A DNA stretch of 64,000 bases from positions 1 to 64,000 of the forward strand of contig NKIB01012997.1 in NCBI GenBank assembly GCA_002256025.1, read 5' to 3'. The translations under genes were made by a program, and so were the position numbers. This document shows positions 49,016 to 60,491 of this stretch, piece after piece; positions within the stretch are counted from its first letter, which is position 1, and every line of letters starts with the position of its first letter. A model generated the notes under the pieces. That model saw nothing but the letters and a program-made list of their open reading frames with translations. It had not been told where the DNA came from and made no database searches. Source of the DNA: Asterionella formosa. Taxonomy: Eukaryota.

Positions 49016-50170
49016 TTATGTACTAGCTCGGGCCATGTTTCTATAACCATTGCCGAGACAACTCAAAAGGACTGTCTTGGTTTCATGATCAGCAAGAATT
49101 TTAAACTCCACATTGAATGCCTCCTTGAATAGTCTAAGGGATCCGATGGTATACTGACTTAATGTTCCCAGTCGTACTCTGGCAACATCTTCAGGACCCA
49201 AGCACATCAGCATCAAAACGACGGATTGCGCGGACGTGTCCGCGCATCCTCCTCGACGAATCTCTTCCAGAAGCATGGCGGCACCTCTAGTTCCAATATC
49301 CTCTGGAAGTTCAAGTCCTCGTGGTTGATTGGGATCCATGCAACATTCTGCTGTTATGACAACACCTGTTGTACTTTCTGCTGAGAGAACAAGTCCCAGC
49401 CCTGGACTAGGTCCACATGTCTTACTCGAATGAACATCTGTATGAATCCAAACATCTGGAAGCATTCTATGCAGAAGACCCTTGGCCGAGTGAGCGACTC
49501 GAGCAGCAGAACTAGGCGGAATTTTACAGGTTGTGGCGTTGCCTCGCACTCTCTTGAACTTGCCAGGATCCAACAAATTCAGAGGCAAAAGTTCCTTGAT
49601 AATGGGGCAGTAAAATTCGACTCTTCCACCTCCACATGGAGATGCTCCTCGCTTCGTCACTCGCATGTATGGAGGAGCGGCTTCATCTTCGTGAACACCA
49701 ACTCCAAAGTGAGCGAGTAAGGGAAGTATAGATCTCTGTAGATAGTCCGGGGAGGGATCCATTTCGCACGTCCCGTCAGTGATTCCGGTCAATGTCAAGT
49801 ACAAATGATCTTTTCCGAACATTGCCAGTGGCAAAATACCTTCTAAAAACCAGCCGACTCCTCGTGCTTTATACAGAGGTTCAACATCCTTGTCAGGAAC
49901 TGGGCATGCATGTTCTAAATCCCCTCCAAGCAACACGCCTGGCTTGAAGCGCAACTGAGTTCCAGTCGCGTTGATTTCTATGCTACTACCATTCGTCATA
50001 CGGTCCAGTAGTCTTAAAAAAGATGCTTCATAGTCTCGAAGTCCTGGATGGTCAAGATCATCGGATCGAATGTTGCGAATCAACACTGGGCGATTCGAAA
50101 GAATGGACACTACGAGGCGCTGGCGAAACTGCACAGCGCCATCATCAAATTTGAGAGTTGCTCCTGGCAT
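49016..50170 (-). CDS. RCL1: RNA 3'-terminal phosphate cyclase-like protein (18S rRNA processing)
   Basis: FRQRLVVSILSNRPVLIRNIR, PGLRDYEASFLRLLD..TNGS.IEINATGT, LPDVWIHTD, SPGLGL.L.AESTTG, PEDIG, LSCLGNGYRN. Confidence 0.95.
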   Translation of the reverse strand: MPGATLKFDDGAVQFRQRLVVSILSNRPVLIRNIRSDDLDHPGLRDYEASFLRLLDRMTNGSSIEINATGTQLRFKPGVLLGGDLEHACPVPDKDVEPLYKARGVGWFLEGILPLAMFGKDHLYLTLTGITDGTCEMDPSPDYLQRSILPLLAHFGVGVHEDEAAPPYMRVTKRGASPCGGGRVEFYCPIIKELLPLNLLDPGKFKRVRGNATTCKIPPSSAARVAHSAKGLLHRMLPDVWIHTDVHSSKTCGPSPGLGLVLSAESTTGVVITAECCMDPNQPRGLELPEDIGTRGAAMLLEEIRRGGCADTSAQSVVLMLMCLGPEDVARVRLGTLSQYTIGSLRLFKEAFNVEFKILADHETKTVLLSCLGNGYRNMARAST

Positions 50171-51004
50171 GATGAGGGAAATTCGTTTTTCGTTTTATGA
50201 ATAAAAGGCCAGATGAGATGGATTCGAGTCATTAGATGCAGGGTGGCAGAGAGTGGTTCATCAAATATTTCTGGGAACACAAATATGGATGCATGTCATG
50301 AATATTTTCACGTTGCTCCGCAAAATGTCGTCTTTGCCATTACAAATAACATGTTACGGTATACATGCTATTATTTATATATTTATATATGTATGTACGT
50401 ACGACATCATGCATTCGATTGCCTCGTACCTGGTACCAGGTACATGTGGTCGACCTGTATGAATATCCAGATAAATGTTTGAAATGGTATCATAGCTTAG
50501 AATGAGTTTCACTAATAATTGGTGGCCGAGAGTGGTCTGGAAAATAGAATGTCTAATCCATGGAACCTTTTCAATCGCAACTGTAGTGCATAATGGTCAA
50601 GTCAATTCATGGCAAATTCTTACCTACCTGTACATACAGTATCCTATGGTGCCAGGTTGTCAGAGTACCTTGTACCAGTACCAGGAAGGTCCGGTAATCG
50701 AGATTCCGGTATATAACTCAGTCTTTTCTTAAGTATAAAACGTGTTTTACCGGACCTTCCAGGTGGGCATATATTTCCTTGTTTTGTAGAATCAGTGACT
50801 TGGGTCATGACTCAGCCATACCTAGGCAGAAGCACTCCTCATAGAGATGGATGATGAGATTTTATCTGTTAAGAAAAGTTGTATCATCATTGTTATAAAT
50901 TTGTTATCATCAATCAACAGTACATTTTAATTGTTGACCATGTCGAGCCCCTGAAAATTGTGGTAAAAACTTGCTAGCTAATTCCCATATAGGAATCATA
51001 CTCT

Positions 51005-51283
51005 AATGATAATCTGTTTTAAAGCCCATTCGTGCTCCCCTTTTTCAAGGCAAGAATTCCTCATTGTGCTACCTGCCAACAAGACCTGTGTTTCCCTAGG
51101 TTTGTTAGCATAGATGAATCCCCAACTAGCTACCTTTTGTGAACAGTGATTGTCTTAGCCGCAGCATTAGGGGAAACTCCGACCGACTAGGAAGGCGGCA
51201 CAAGCTGCTTGTAGGCAAACCCACTATTCCTTGCACACCAGGCAAGACCATCAGGGACAGCCAGCCACAATAAGGAGTGTGAT
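51005..51283. mobile_element. 279-bp insertion flanked by a 15-bp direct repeat (retroposed element)
   Basis: TAGGAATCATACTCT at 50990-51004 and 51284-51298; no ORF inside. Confidence 0.7.
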
Positions 51284-52775
51284 TAGGAATCATACTCTGT
51301 TTCATTAGTATTGCTTCATAGAAATATTTTACAGTGTTTATTACATATGTTTTGCTCTCCTATGTCATAGTCAATGGCTGGGTGGTTGACAACAAAGGTT
51401 TTCCAAAAAACCTGTTAGAATTTTTTTCGATTGTCTGACCAAAACCGAAACCGAACCAAACCAAAACTATGTGCTTTGTTTTGTCTTTCGGTCCACGGTT
51501 AGCAGTATTGGCCTCACTTCTATAAAACTAACAAAATGCAAACGTTTCAAGGAGGCTAATCCTCAAGAAGAAACCTAACTTGTTTTAATGTGATCGATCC
51601 TAAATTTTAGTTGCCTGTTACTACTTGAGTCACTGGAAAAGGTGGTCCCAGCTGTTACCAACCCCGTTCCAAATGTGCTATATTGTGCTTCAATACTAAT
51701 AAATCTTTGGGATTGATATTTAATCCCCTCGTATGTTTGTTAACAATATGATCATGCGAACGATGGGGCGTTACTATTGGTAAATTCTTTCATTCAAAGG
51801 TGACCAAAAGTATACAGGTCCTCAGACAGGATGTAACAGGAAAATGACGACAATCAATCTTAGATTATGGTCGTCTTCAAAACTTACAAAATGAAGATGA
51901 TGGTGACAACAGAATAAATAGGTGGTTAGCATTACAATACAGCACTTTGGAATCATGTGTTTGAATCGCACTCAAATGGAGAGATACCGCTGTTTTGCAT
52001 CATTTCCTTTTATTTTACCAGTAAACAACTAGAATCCACTAATGAGGACTTGATTGAAACAAATAAAAGTTATCTCGTATTTAACAGGAGATCCCAAGTT
52101 GCAAATGCATAACATATTGTAATATAGTGGCAGCACTTGTTGCCTTAGCTCTTACCCAACTGGATAACTATTACCTATAAAGTGTTAGGAAGCGGTGTGT
52201 CTTCTTGTTGGCAGTGAATAGGCCCAGTTTGATGAGCATAGGGTGTGTGCATTGATTTGGATGATTGGGATGCGGCTATATTCATGATTCAAGTGTCTAT
52301 GCAACAAAATTCTATCTTGAGACCAGTCGGGATCACTGGAGACTAATAATCTGCCAGTGACAAAATAGTCATATGCTGCTATGATAATATAAGAAATGTC
52401 GCTGGAAATATGGGGAAATGGTTGGATGAAAAAGGTTTACACATAACATGGTAATTTTTTCAACTCCATAGCCACATACATTCTTACAGCATTTTCAAGA
52501 AAACTAGCTTGCTGGTCCACATGTTGTTGAGACATGACTGCATTGCAGAAATGGACCTTAAAAGTAGCGAAGATGATACATCTCTAAGGATTGCTGGTTG
52601 TAGACCTGTCGTTTTGTGGGAGTGCTGCTGTTGCAGCCTATTTCTTGACCTAGCTATTATTCAGGACTTGATAACTCTTGACTCCTTACACATCCCAGAC
52701 CACTTAAACGCCCTATTCTATCCAACATTATCACTGGCTTGAAATCAGTGGTCGCCGAACGGCGAAACAAAGTGA

Positions 52776-53480
52776 TTACAATAGCCTTTGTTTCTTGATC
52801 GCTGGTACTTCGATTTTCTCACGAATCATAAGGTTGAACTGAACAATAGTTTGGTCGTCGTCTGAAACTTCACTCAGCTTTTCCTTCATTATGCCAGACA
52901 CCAGGATAAACATTTCTTTCATTGCAGCCTTTTCGCCCAAGCAATGATTCAATTGTCCCAAATTATTTAGCAGCGAAAGCTCAAGGACCGGATTGTCCAT
53001 CGTCAACAATCTCCCATCAATGACAAGTGTTTTGACCAGCCCGTAAAGATCGTTCGCTTTCTGCAAGTCAGCCTTGTAATCCTTCAAATCCACCTTGCCA
53101 CCCTTCATTTTATCAAGCCCTCTTATGTGAAACATATATGCCAAATTGTAAAGAATGACAATGATGGTCAACTCGACAGAGTCATTCTCTGGTGGTACCT
53201 TGAAGACTTTATGCAGCAGTAAGCAAGTCCCATCTGAAGGATTCTCATTGTGACCAACCCTGTTCGCCAGTGTTACCACTGCCAGCTGCATTTGAGCTCC
53301 TCCCTTAATGTTTGCATTTCTAACTTTCGTACCCAAACCCTCGAGCAATTGCATTGCCATCCCTGTGGCTTCTTGTTGTAGCTTCATCGCCTCAATGGCA
53401 TTTCCTCCCTTTAGCATTATGATGCTCCTGTTGTTCAATCCCGTTGCTTTTGTGAACAATGGCATTATCATGTAATACAA
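52776..53480 (-). CDS. TPR-like helical protein of a family commonly expanded in diatoms
   Basis: LNNRSI.ML..G...EA; IILYNLA..H; LQKA..LY.L; LLNNLGQL; C-terminal KKQR. Confidence 0.65.
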   Translation of the reverse strand: MYYMIMPLFTKATGLNNRSIIMLKGGNAIEAMKLQQEATGMAMQLLEGLGTKVRNANIKGGAQMQLAVVTLANRVGHNENPSDGTCLLLHKVFKVPPENDSVELTIIVILYNLAYMFHIRGLDKMKGGKVDLKDYKADLQKANDLYGLVKTLVIDGRLLTMDNPVLELSLLNNLGQLNHCLGEKAAMKEMFILVSGIMKEKLSEVSDDDQTIVQFNLMIREKIEVPAIKKQRLL

Positions 53481-56471
53481 TGTTCAATACAATACCACTT
53501 CGAAACTTTGTGAAAAGGCGAACGATGATGATGTTGTTCAATATAATGAGCAAGTTCTGGTACCAAGGCAGGACAGCACTATTGGGAATCCTGATGGGGC
53601 TCACGAGAGTTGAAGTCTTAGCACCATTACATTTCGGTTTCACATGTATTCGTAGTAGATGTAGACTACCGGAAGTTCCGTTATTGTATATTATTTTTCA
53701 ACATATGCCGGTACTACCTGGTATCGTGCAGGATACGTGATTAATTTCACCGGTTCTTAGTTTTTCCCTCTTGTTGTTCGCTTGTATTTTCTATATACGA
53801 GCAGCTAAACAAATACATAGGCTGATGGGAACATCTATACTTAAGTACTGTAATGATGAAAACAACGAAAATGTCGTATCACTCTGCCTTTAGCGGTCAA
53901 CGACAGCAAGTATGCCGGTGTACCGGTGTATGACACACATATATATATGAATTGTATATACCGGTATTCTATGCTTTGATGACGAGCAGAAGACGCACGA
54001 CTAAAACACAGTGATGACCCCATGAGGCTGCGTCAGTGTCCTCTGACGTTTATTGGAGGATGACAACATGGAATTTCCCACGTATGCCTGCAATCATACA
54101 GTATTACCAGTGAAAAGAAGATGTTGCCTTATGTGGAAAGGTTGACCAGACGTTCCACTTGAGAGGCGCCGCTCGTAGCAGCCAGCAGGGGGAGAAGGAT
54201 GACCGCCCACGACCCGGGGTGGTTTGGTAACAAATACGCAACACGTTGAGCGCTTGTTGGACTTGTTGATGTTCTCTAGCCCGGCTGTGCTCAATTTTAT
54301 GTAGAAATAAAGAACGCTGACATTCTGTACCGGTAGTCCGTACGGGTAGTCCGTCCGGAAACAGTAGCCTCGTTTACCAAGAATAGCTTTACATGGTAAA
54401 TATGATTTAGAGCTTATGAAGTACTCCGAGTACCGGTACATGTTTGTCTGTCGACCGGAAAAGTAGGCTACTTCTTATTGCTTTCCTTGTGAAGATACTC
54501 GAATAATTGTTTTCGAGCGGAGGATGTCCATCCAAACCATGCTGATACCTGAACCACACAACCGTGATATCCTTGTGTCATGTCGTCAATGTGGACGACC
54601 CACAAGTAAGACTACTAGGTACCATATGCTGCTATGTTAATCATTTTTACAGTCCGTGCTTACTCTTGACCATTATGGTTGGCCATACTTGCTGATTGCA
54701 ACAACCCAGCATTGCAATTCCTCTGGTATGTACGACTGGTCAGTGCAAGAATGATGCCATGCCAGTTACATCATGGAGACTACCCAAATAACCATAGAAG
54801 AATAACAGTACCTGGTACTACCAGGTACCTCTCCTCTGGTGAGGTTTATCTTGCTGAGCGAAGGCAATACACACCCGAGGTGGTCTCTTGCCTGCGAGTA
54901 TACATGTGTTCAAGGCTGGGTGGCGCGAGTAGGTTGACCGCATGAGTGGCACCCCCGGCGCTGTGAGAATCAGTTCAGTGATGATGCCAGTAGTGATTCA
55001 TTGTCTAACAGATGTGGTTGGTTGTTGTATTGCTTGTCTTCTCCAGGGATTCATGTAGTCGCATTGTCCATATTTCATAGGACGAACAATGATAGCAATA
55101 AATCTGATGTTGATGGCAAGTTTTTGCTCCGGTCATGCATCTGATGATGCTGCCTGAATGGATACTCTACCGGTAGTCATCTTTTCTACATAAATGACCA
55201 TGCATGGTTTAAGCTATACTTTAATGCTTACTTTGAACACGTTATCATATTACTCTGTTGAATTGGTATTATTTTTACAAGACCTGAATGTTAAATTATA
55301 TTGTTCACATATTCTTTGATTTTACATACCGTATCCCGATTTCGTCGTCACAATTATAGTTCTCACTCTATCTTGCCTGCCTTTGCTGTAGTTGGGCTTG
55401 CAATAGGCAACGTTCGTCTTTCTTTGATCCCATCGTCTGCTGCTTGTTATGATAGTTGAAGCAGATCGGTGAGTACAACAGTGAAACACTGAATGTGGAT
55501 TGTCAATTGTTTTTATCGACTTTCCGAATTGATTGCTTCCATGGTTTGTTTTGATCGCTTCCATCGTTGTTTGTCATTATGCACTGTCGTTTTTTTGATT
55601 GTATCTATCTACATAAGATCCAATTTATTTATCAATGGCTACTCATCGAAGATGTAGTATTGTGCCCTTGTTGATTTGTATAATTGTTGACATTGATGTC
55701 AATATTGCCGCCAAGCAATGACTAATCTACTAAGAGTTCGTATCAGAAGCTATGTATATTCAGCTAGAGGGAGTCGATAGTGCTGGAGCAGCCTGGCGAT
55801 TATACTCAATCAGAATGGATTGGAATGGAATGATGATCAGGGTTGTTTGGTGGGAGGAGGAACGAGGACTGTGGGCGGAAGGGGAGGACTGTGGGCGGAA
55901 GGACTGCAACTTGTGTCAGGCTCCTACAGCGATGTGCATGGTTACAGCAAGCAGATCATCTATGCTACATAATGATGCAGGTCAAGATTGGGTTCAGCTT
56001 TTTCCCTTCTTATTTCGGTCGTTGATTGTGTGGTGATGGAAATTTAATTGCCTGTGTAAGTACTACAATGTCACAATGCATACATCTCCAATGGAAACTC
56101 TTATTTTTTACTTCATTTCTAACCCAAAACAATTTTTTCTATTTCTCATTTGATGCTACTGATTACATCCCATTTCATACTTTGGTTGCTCCAAAAATTA
56201 TGTTCAATTTTCATTGATGTTGCATTTTACAATCATTCTCGTGTGTTTTATGCTTGTTGTACCATCTCTATACATATTACCGTTATTCTGGCGGCAATTT
56301 TATTGCGGAAAAATTCGATGTGCCCCATATTGCCCTTGAATAAAAGTTACTTAAGAAATTACTTAGAGCCTAAAAATTACTTAAAAAGTACCCGAATGGC
56401 AAGACGATAGCTGGAGCGGGAATTGCTGTCATTAACTACCAGCGCGGATGAAATCTAACAATTGTGCGCAA

Positions 56472-59222
56472 CTAGTAATTAAGCCGAAGCCATTGACTTG
56501 ATGGGACGTTCCTCTTCAATGATCCGTCATCGTACAAAATGTCCACATTTCCACTTGGCATGACCTTTTTAACCAACCCTGGATACAGGACGCCGCTTTC
56601 TCCGTAGTCGGCTGTTACCAAAGCACCCTCTTCTAATGGCCTATACCTTCGAATGATGTCCATAGAAACCTGGCCTTGCGTCTCACCGTCTTCATAATTC
56701 ACTTGGCAAGTCTCTCCGTCTAATCCGCCAATACTGCCTCGGAACCATTGGCCTTTGCCGTCATAGTTAACAGCCACAGTCTCGCCTGTGATCAATGAAG
56801 CAGGTGGTAGTGGAGGATGCCTCCATCGATGATGCTGATATGTGTAAGGCTCCACCGTCGGAATCTGTCTCTGGGGAATGATTTGAACACTCGATTTCAC
56901 TTTAAATTCAGGTTGCCTGGGAACCAATGGCATGGCTGCGATATTTTTGTCTGCCGATTCAAACAAGAGCTTTCTCCATGTGAGCAAGTTGTCACGAGAT
57001 TTGTAACCAAGTATAGTGTGCCGAACAGGAGCATCAAATCTATAGTGAGCCAGTTGCAACGATATGCATTTGTGTAGAGCTCTCAAGAAGTCCTTGGACG
57101 CGAGATTCAGTACAAGGCCCACGTGTTTTTTTGTGTCGCTTTCAGTAAGACGCCTCCATTGGCCATTTCTCCAATCTTGCTCAAGGAAACGTCCTCTGGT
57201 TGTCTCCAATATCGAATCGGTGAGTGTCTCCAAAAAAATATCTGGAAGTCCCACAAACGACTTGACGAACGGTGCATAATGTGCGATGGCTAAACGAAAG
57301 GCGGCATTTCCAGGGTGATAGTCCAACCATCGATCATAAGCTCCAAGAAAATAAGAATCAAATCTACTTCCAATCAAAACGTCTTCTTTTTCTGGCAAAG
57401 TGGTGGGGCCCGTTGACAGCGAAAGGTCTTCCATTTCCATTACTTCGACGTCAAATGGTTCGTTCAAAATTCTTCCGAGCTTGACATCTTGCCCCCAACG
57501 ACTGAACTCGATTCGCCGTTGGACTCGATACAAGACCAATGCTGGAAAAACGTGTGTGAAGGCGAGCCCAAGGAAAGCGCGAGTGATATGTCTTCGTTTT
57601 CGGGTTTTAAAACTGACTAACAAGATAGCAACTCCATAAGTCGATAAAACAACAAGATTGATAATTTCCAAAATAATGAGACAATTTTTCGTTGTGTCGC
57701 GAAGATACGTTTCCCACGCACGATTGTTCTTCAAAACGGGTCCTTGCAAAAGTTTCGGAATTCCAATCCTATCAATTACAGTGTCGATGAAATCAGGTAG
57801 CTCACTCCAATGGACTCCCATCTGACCGTTGGCCATACGCATCATTGCGGAGGTCACAAGATCGTAGCCCCAGTTGCGATTCTTTGGTTTCCATAGTCCA
57901 AGACACCTTAGGATTGAAAAATGCTTAACCATGCTTCGTTGAGCATCAAACAAGTCTGCCCAGGTATGACCCCACATATTCCATTTCATGTGAAAATAGG
58001 TCCCTCTCGACAATTGTCGAGGATCTATTCCATGCTGCGGTCTGCCAATAAATGATACAATGAAAAGGATACGCTCCAATGAGTTCGGGTCGGAATGTTT
58101 ATACCCGCGATGCCAAATTTGCTGGTTCAACAATGCGGCATCTCCCGCGTGCCAAAGCTTGTCTGATGCTGCTGCATTCAGCTGTATTCCATTTTCTGCG
58201 CACATGACATCCAGCCAATTAGCACAATAATGAGTGCCAGGACAAAGCTCAGTAGCTCCCATTGCCGATGAGGTGTCTTGCAAAGCAACGAACATAGAGT
58301 ATGAATGCGAGAATGTCCGAGCAAATTTTATCCCATTGCCATCTGGCTTGACATCGGGATGCCAAGATTGATGTGTTGCACCGAATCTAGCAGTGATTGC
58401 AGTGATCTCCGTGACTGCGGGGTCTGAACCGACCAGGCCTTCAATCAAGGGTTGAAGAGTTGGATTCGTGGCAATTTCCCTCAAGGCAATAGGAACAATG
58501 GGATCTTCTGTCGCATCAATACCAAAGCTGACTCGAGTGTTGCCTTCGCCTTGAGAAACAAAGATTTCGTCTTCCTCAGTCAGTTCAGCATTTCGTCGTA
58601 CAATGAATTTTCGAAGTGCTTCAACAGTGCTAGGCTTCAATACTTGAGGAATCATTGCCGCTCCATGTTTCATCATGGTATCAACAGCTTGAACCGGTGT
58701 GGTGCCATTCGTAAGGAGCAAATCTTGCAGGTTGCGTGTCGACAAGTCATTCGCGGTACACGCTCGTTCATAGTACGTATACTCCGACTGAAGACGAACA
58801 TCCGAAGCAGCTCTACCAGCCGATTTAATAATGTGCACAAAATACTCCTTGTAGAGATGTTGTGCATGATAGGTACAAAGAAGGATTAAAAACAGTGCTG
58901 CCAACGGAAGATCCAGAATGAGAACTCTTAAAATGGAACCTGCTCGCTGCAATCGCCTTCCGGATGGCGACGATAGCTTGTCATTTACGTCGTTTGTGAT
59001 ACCATTGACTGTCGTTTCTCGGATTTGCTCTCTGAATGCAAAGCCTCTTGTTGTGAATGTCGGCTGAAAAGGGACGGACGGAAAGGGACAATGGTCGGCA
59101 TTGGGCTCAATTGATGCTGTTGCAATCAAAAAGCGACGCAGCAAATCCAAATCGCTTCGTTGTTGAAGATCCACTGCCTCTGTCAGTCCTTCGACTGAGT
59201 GGTGTCCTGAAGTGCCGTTCAT
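56472..59222 (-). CDS. Membrane PhyH-like 2OG-Fe(II) dioxygenase fused to a DUF6824-like domain and tandem Tudor-like domains
   Basis: 916-aa ORF; TM; WHPD...FVALQD...GATELCPGTH...GDA...WHRG..H; two TMs; DVLIG...HPGNAAFR...GRFLEQD...W; VNYDGKGQWFRG...VNYEDGE and ADYGESG.LYPG...ILYDDG. Confidence 0.8.
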   Translation of the reverse strand: MNGTSGHHSVEGLTEAVDLQQRSDLDLLRRFLIATASIEPNADHCPFPSVPFQPTFTTRGFAFREQIRETTVNGITNDVNDKLSSPSGRRLQRAGSILRVLILDLPLAALFLILLCTYHAQHLYKEYFVHIIKSAGRAASDVRLQSEYTYYERACTANDLSTRNLQDLLLTNGTTPVQAVDTMMKHGAAMIPQVLKPSTVEALRKFIVRRNAELTEEDEIFVSQGEGNTRVSFGIDATEDPIVPIALREIATNPTLQPLIEGLVGSDPAVTEITAITARFGATHQSWHPDVKPDGNGIKFARTFSHSYSMFVALQDTSSAMGATELCPGTHYCANWLDVMCAENGIQLNAAASDKLWHAGDAALLNQQIWHRGYKHSDPNSLERILFIVSFIGRPQHGIDPRQLSRGTYFHMKWNMWGHTWADLFDAQRSMVKHFSILRCLGLWKPKNRNWGYDLVTSAMMRMANGQMGVHWSELPDFIDTVIDRIGIPKLLQGPVLKNNRAWETYLRDTTKNCLIILEIINLVVLSTYGVAILLVSFKTRKRRHITRAFLGLAFTHVFPALVLYRVQRRIEFSRWGQDVKLGRILNEPFDVEVMEMEDLSLSTGPTTLPEKEDVLIGSRFDSYFLGAYDRWLDYHPGNAAFRLAIAHYAPFVKSFVGLPDIFLETLTDSILETTRGRFLEQDWRNGQWRRLTESDTKKHVGLVLNLASKDFLRALHKCISLQLAHYRFDAPVRHTILGYKSRDNLLTWRKLLFESADKNIAAMPLVPRQPEFKVKSSVQIIPQRQIPTVEPYTYQHHRWRHPPLPPASLITGETVAVNYDGKGQWFRGSIGGLDGETCQVNYEDGETQGQVSMDIIRRYRPLEEGALVTADYGESGVLYPGLVKKVMPSGNVDILYDDGSLKRNVPSSQWLRLNY

Positions 59223-59521
59223 TATAATGTAATAGGCGAACGAGTTTCACTATTTTCCGGCATTCGAACTTTGTAAAATCTGTTGTGGCATCAAATGTGA
59301 AATATTCTATTTGATATTTCTTTCTTATGTGTAATAAAATATATTTCGGTACAGATACTGGAGAATGATTTAAAACTACATATGGAAATTACAATAACAG
59401 TGCATGTGTTCATATCCAGACATGAGGATACAAAGTGCTGCTCTTGTTGTGCTATGTAGGCGTGCGTTGTGTTCGGTTTTCGGTCGTACCCCCACCGCCT
59501 ATATTACAGCCAATAAACACA

Positions 59522-60355
59522 ATGATGTACTATATATGGCTAATTGTATCTCTTGTATTCCTTTGGGTGCCGTACGGATCATGTCAATCTGCTGCGGGTC
59601 AAGAGACCCTGGTCGGTATAGTCGGTAGAAATTTCGTCGTCTTGGGAGCTGATTCTTCTGTGTCCACATCTATCGCCTTCACTGCCAGCGATCTTGACAA
59701 GATTGCAATTTTGGACGGCCAGGCGACGATTGCAGCAGCCGCAGCTGGTGATGCTGCTGATTCGGATCGGCTGTTGGGTATTCTAAGTGCTCATTGCGCG
59801 ATTCGAGAATACGAAGAAGGCGGCGAGGTTGACTTTTATATGATGAACGAAAACGACAAACTTCCGGAGCGCCCAATTGGCTTGACGGTGCAGGAGGTGG
59901 CTCATTTAGCACGAAACCAAATAGCTTCTTCTCTTCGGTCCAGATCTCAACTGAAGGTATGCCTGCTGATTGCCGGAATGATGAAAAGCGAAGGAATAGA
60001 ACCAGAATCATTTAGCAAAAGGCTGCAATCGCAAGCTTCAGGCAACACTGGTACTGCAAGTATTACATCGTTGATAACAAATGATGTCACTACTTCAGCT
60101 TCACTCAGGCCGCATTTATTTTGGCTAGATCCCTATGGCAGTCTGCAAAAGGTACAGTATGGCGCACATGGTCACGGTGCCAACTTTATGCTCTCCATCT
60201 TGGACCAGTCCTACCAACCTGATTTGAGCCAGGAGGAGGCTATACAAATTGTTCGTGATTGCTTCGATCAGCTTCGGATACGATATGTTATCAACACGCC
60301 GCAGCCTCCTTGTATCAAATGTATTGACAAGGACGGATGCCGTTTGATACGTTAG
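59522..60355 (+). CDS. PSMB2: 20S proteasome beta type-2 subunit paralogue with signal peptide (candidate periplastid sBeta2)
   Basis: ETLVGIVGRNFVVLGADSS, DKI..L, GDAADSD, SLRSR, LFWLDPYGSL..V.YGAHGHG, SILD..Y.PDLS.EEA; N-terminal MMYYIWLIVSLVFLWVPYGSC. Confidence 0.85.
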   Translation: MMYYIWLIVSLVFLWVPYGSCQSAAGQETLVGIVGRNFVVLGADSSVSTSIAFTASDLDKIAILDGQATIAAAAAGDAADSDRLLGILSAHCAIREYEEGGEVDFYMMNENDKLPERPIGLTVQEVAHLARNQIASSLRSRSQLKVCLLIAGMMKSEGIEPESFSKRLQSQASGNTGTASITSLITNDVTTSASLRPHLFWLDPYGSLQKVQYGAHGHGANFMLSILDQSYQPDLSQEEAIQIVRDCFDQLRIRYVINTPQPPCIKCIDKDGCRLIR

Positions 60356-60491
60356 GAAATTATCATGTTAAGCAAGCACACTTATGATGGCAGCACGAGA
60401 TATTACAGCCACATTTGCAGTAATATTATACAAGCATTAATCTGATGAAATGTAATGTAACATTTCAATGCACTTTGTTTGAATAACATGA

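Noticed and set aside
54100..54300. GC-rich segment as SRP RNA or other ncRNA (GCCGGGC start on the minus strand)
   Set aside because: No SRP helix-8, Sm-site or snoRNA box pattern recognised; would need a cmscan
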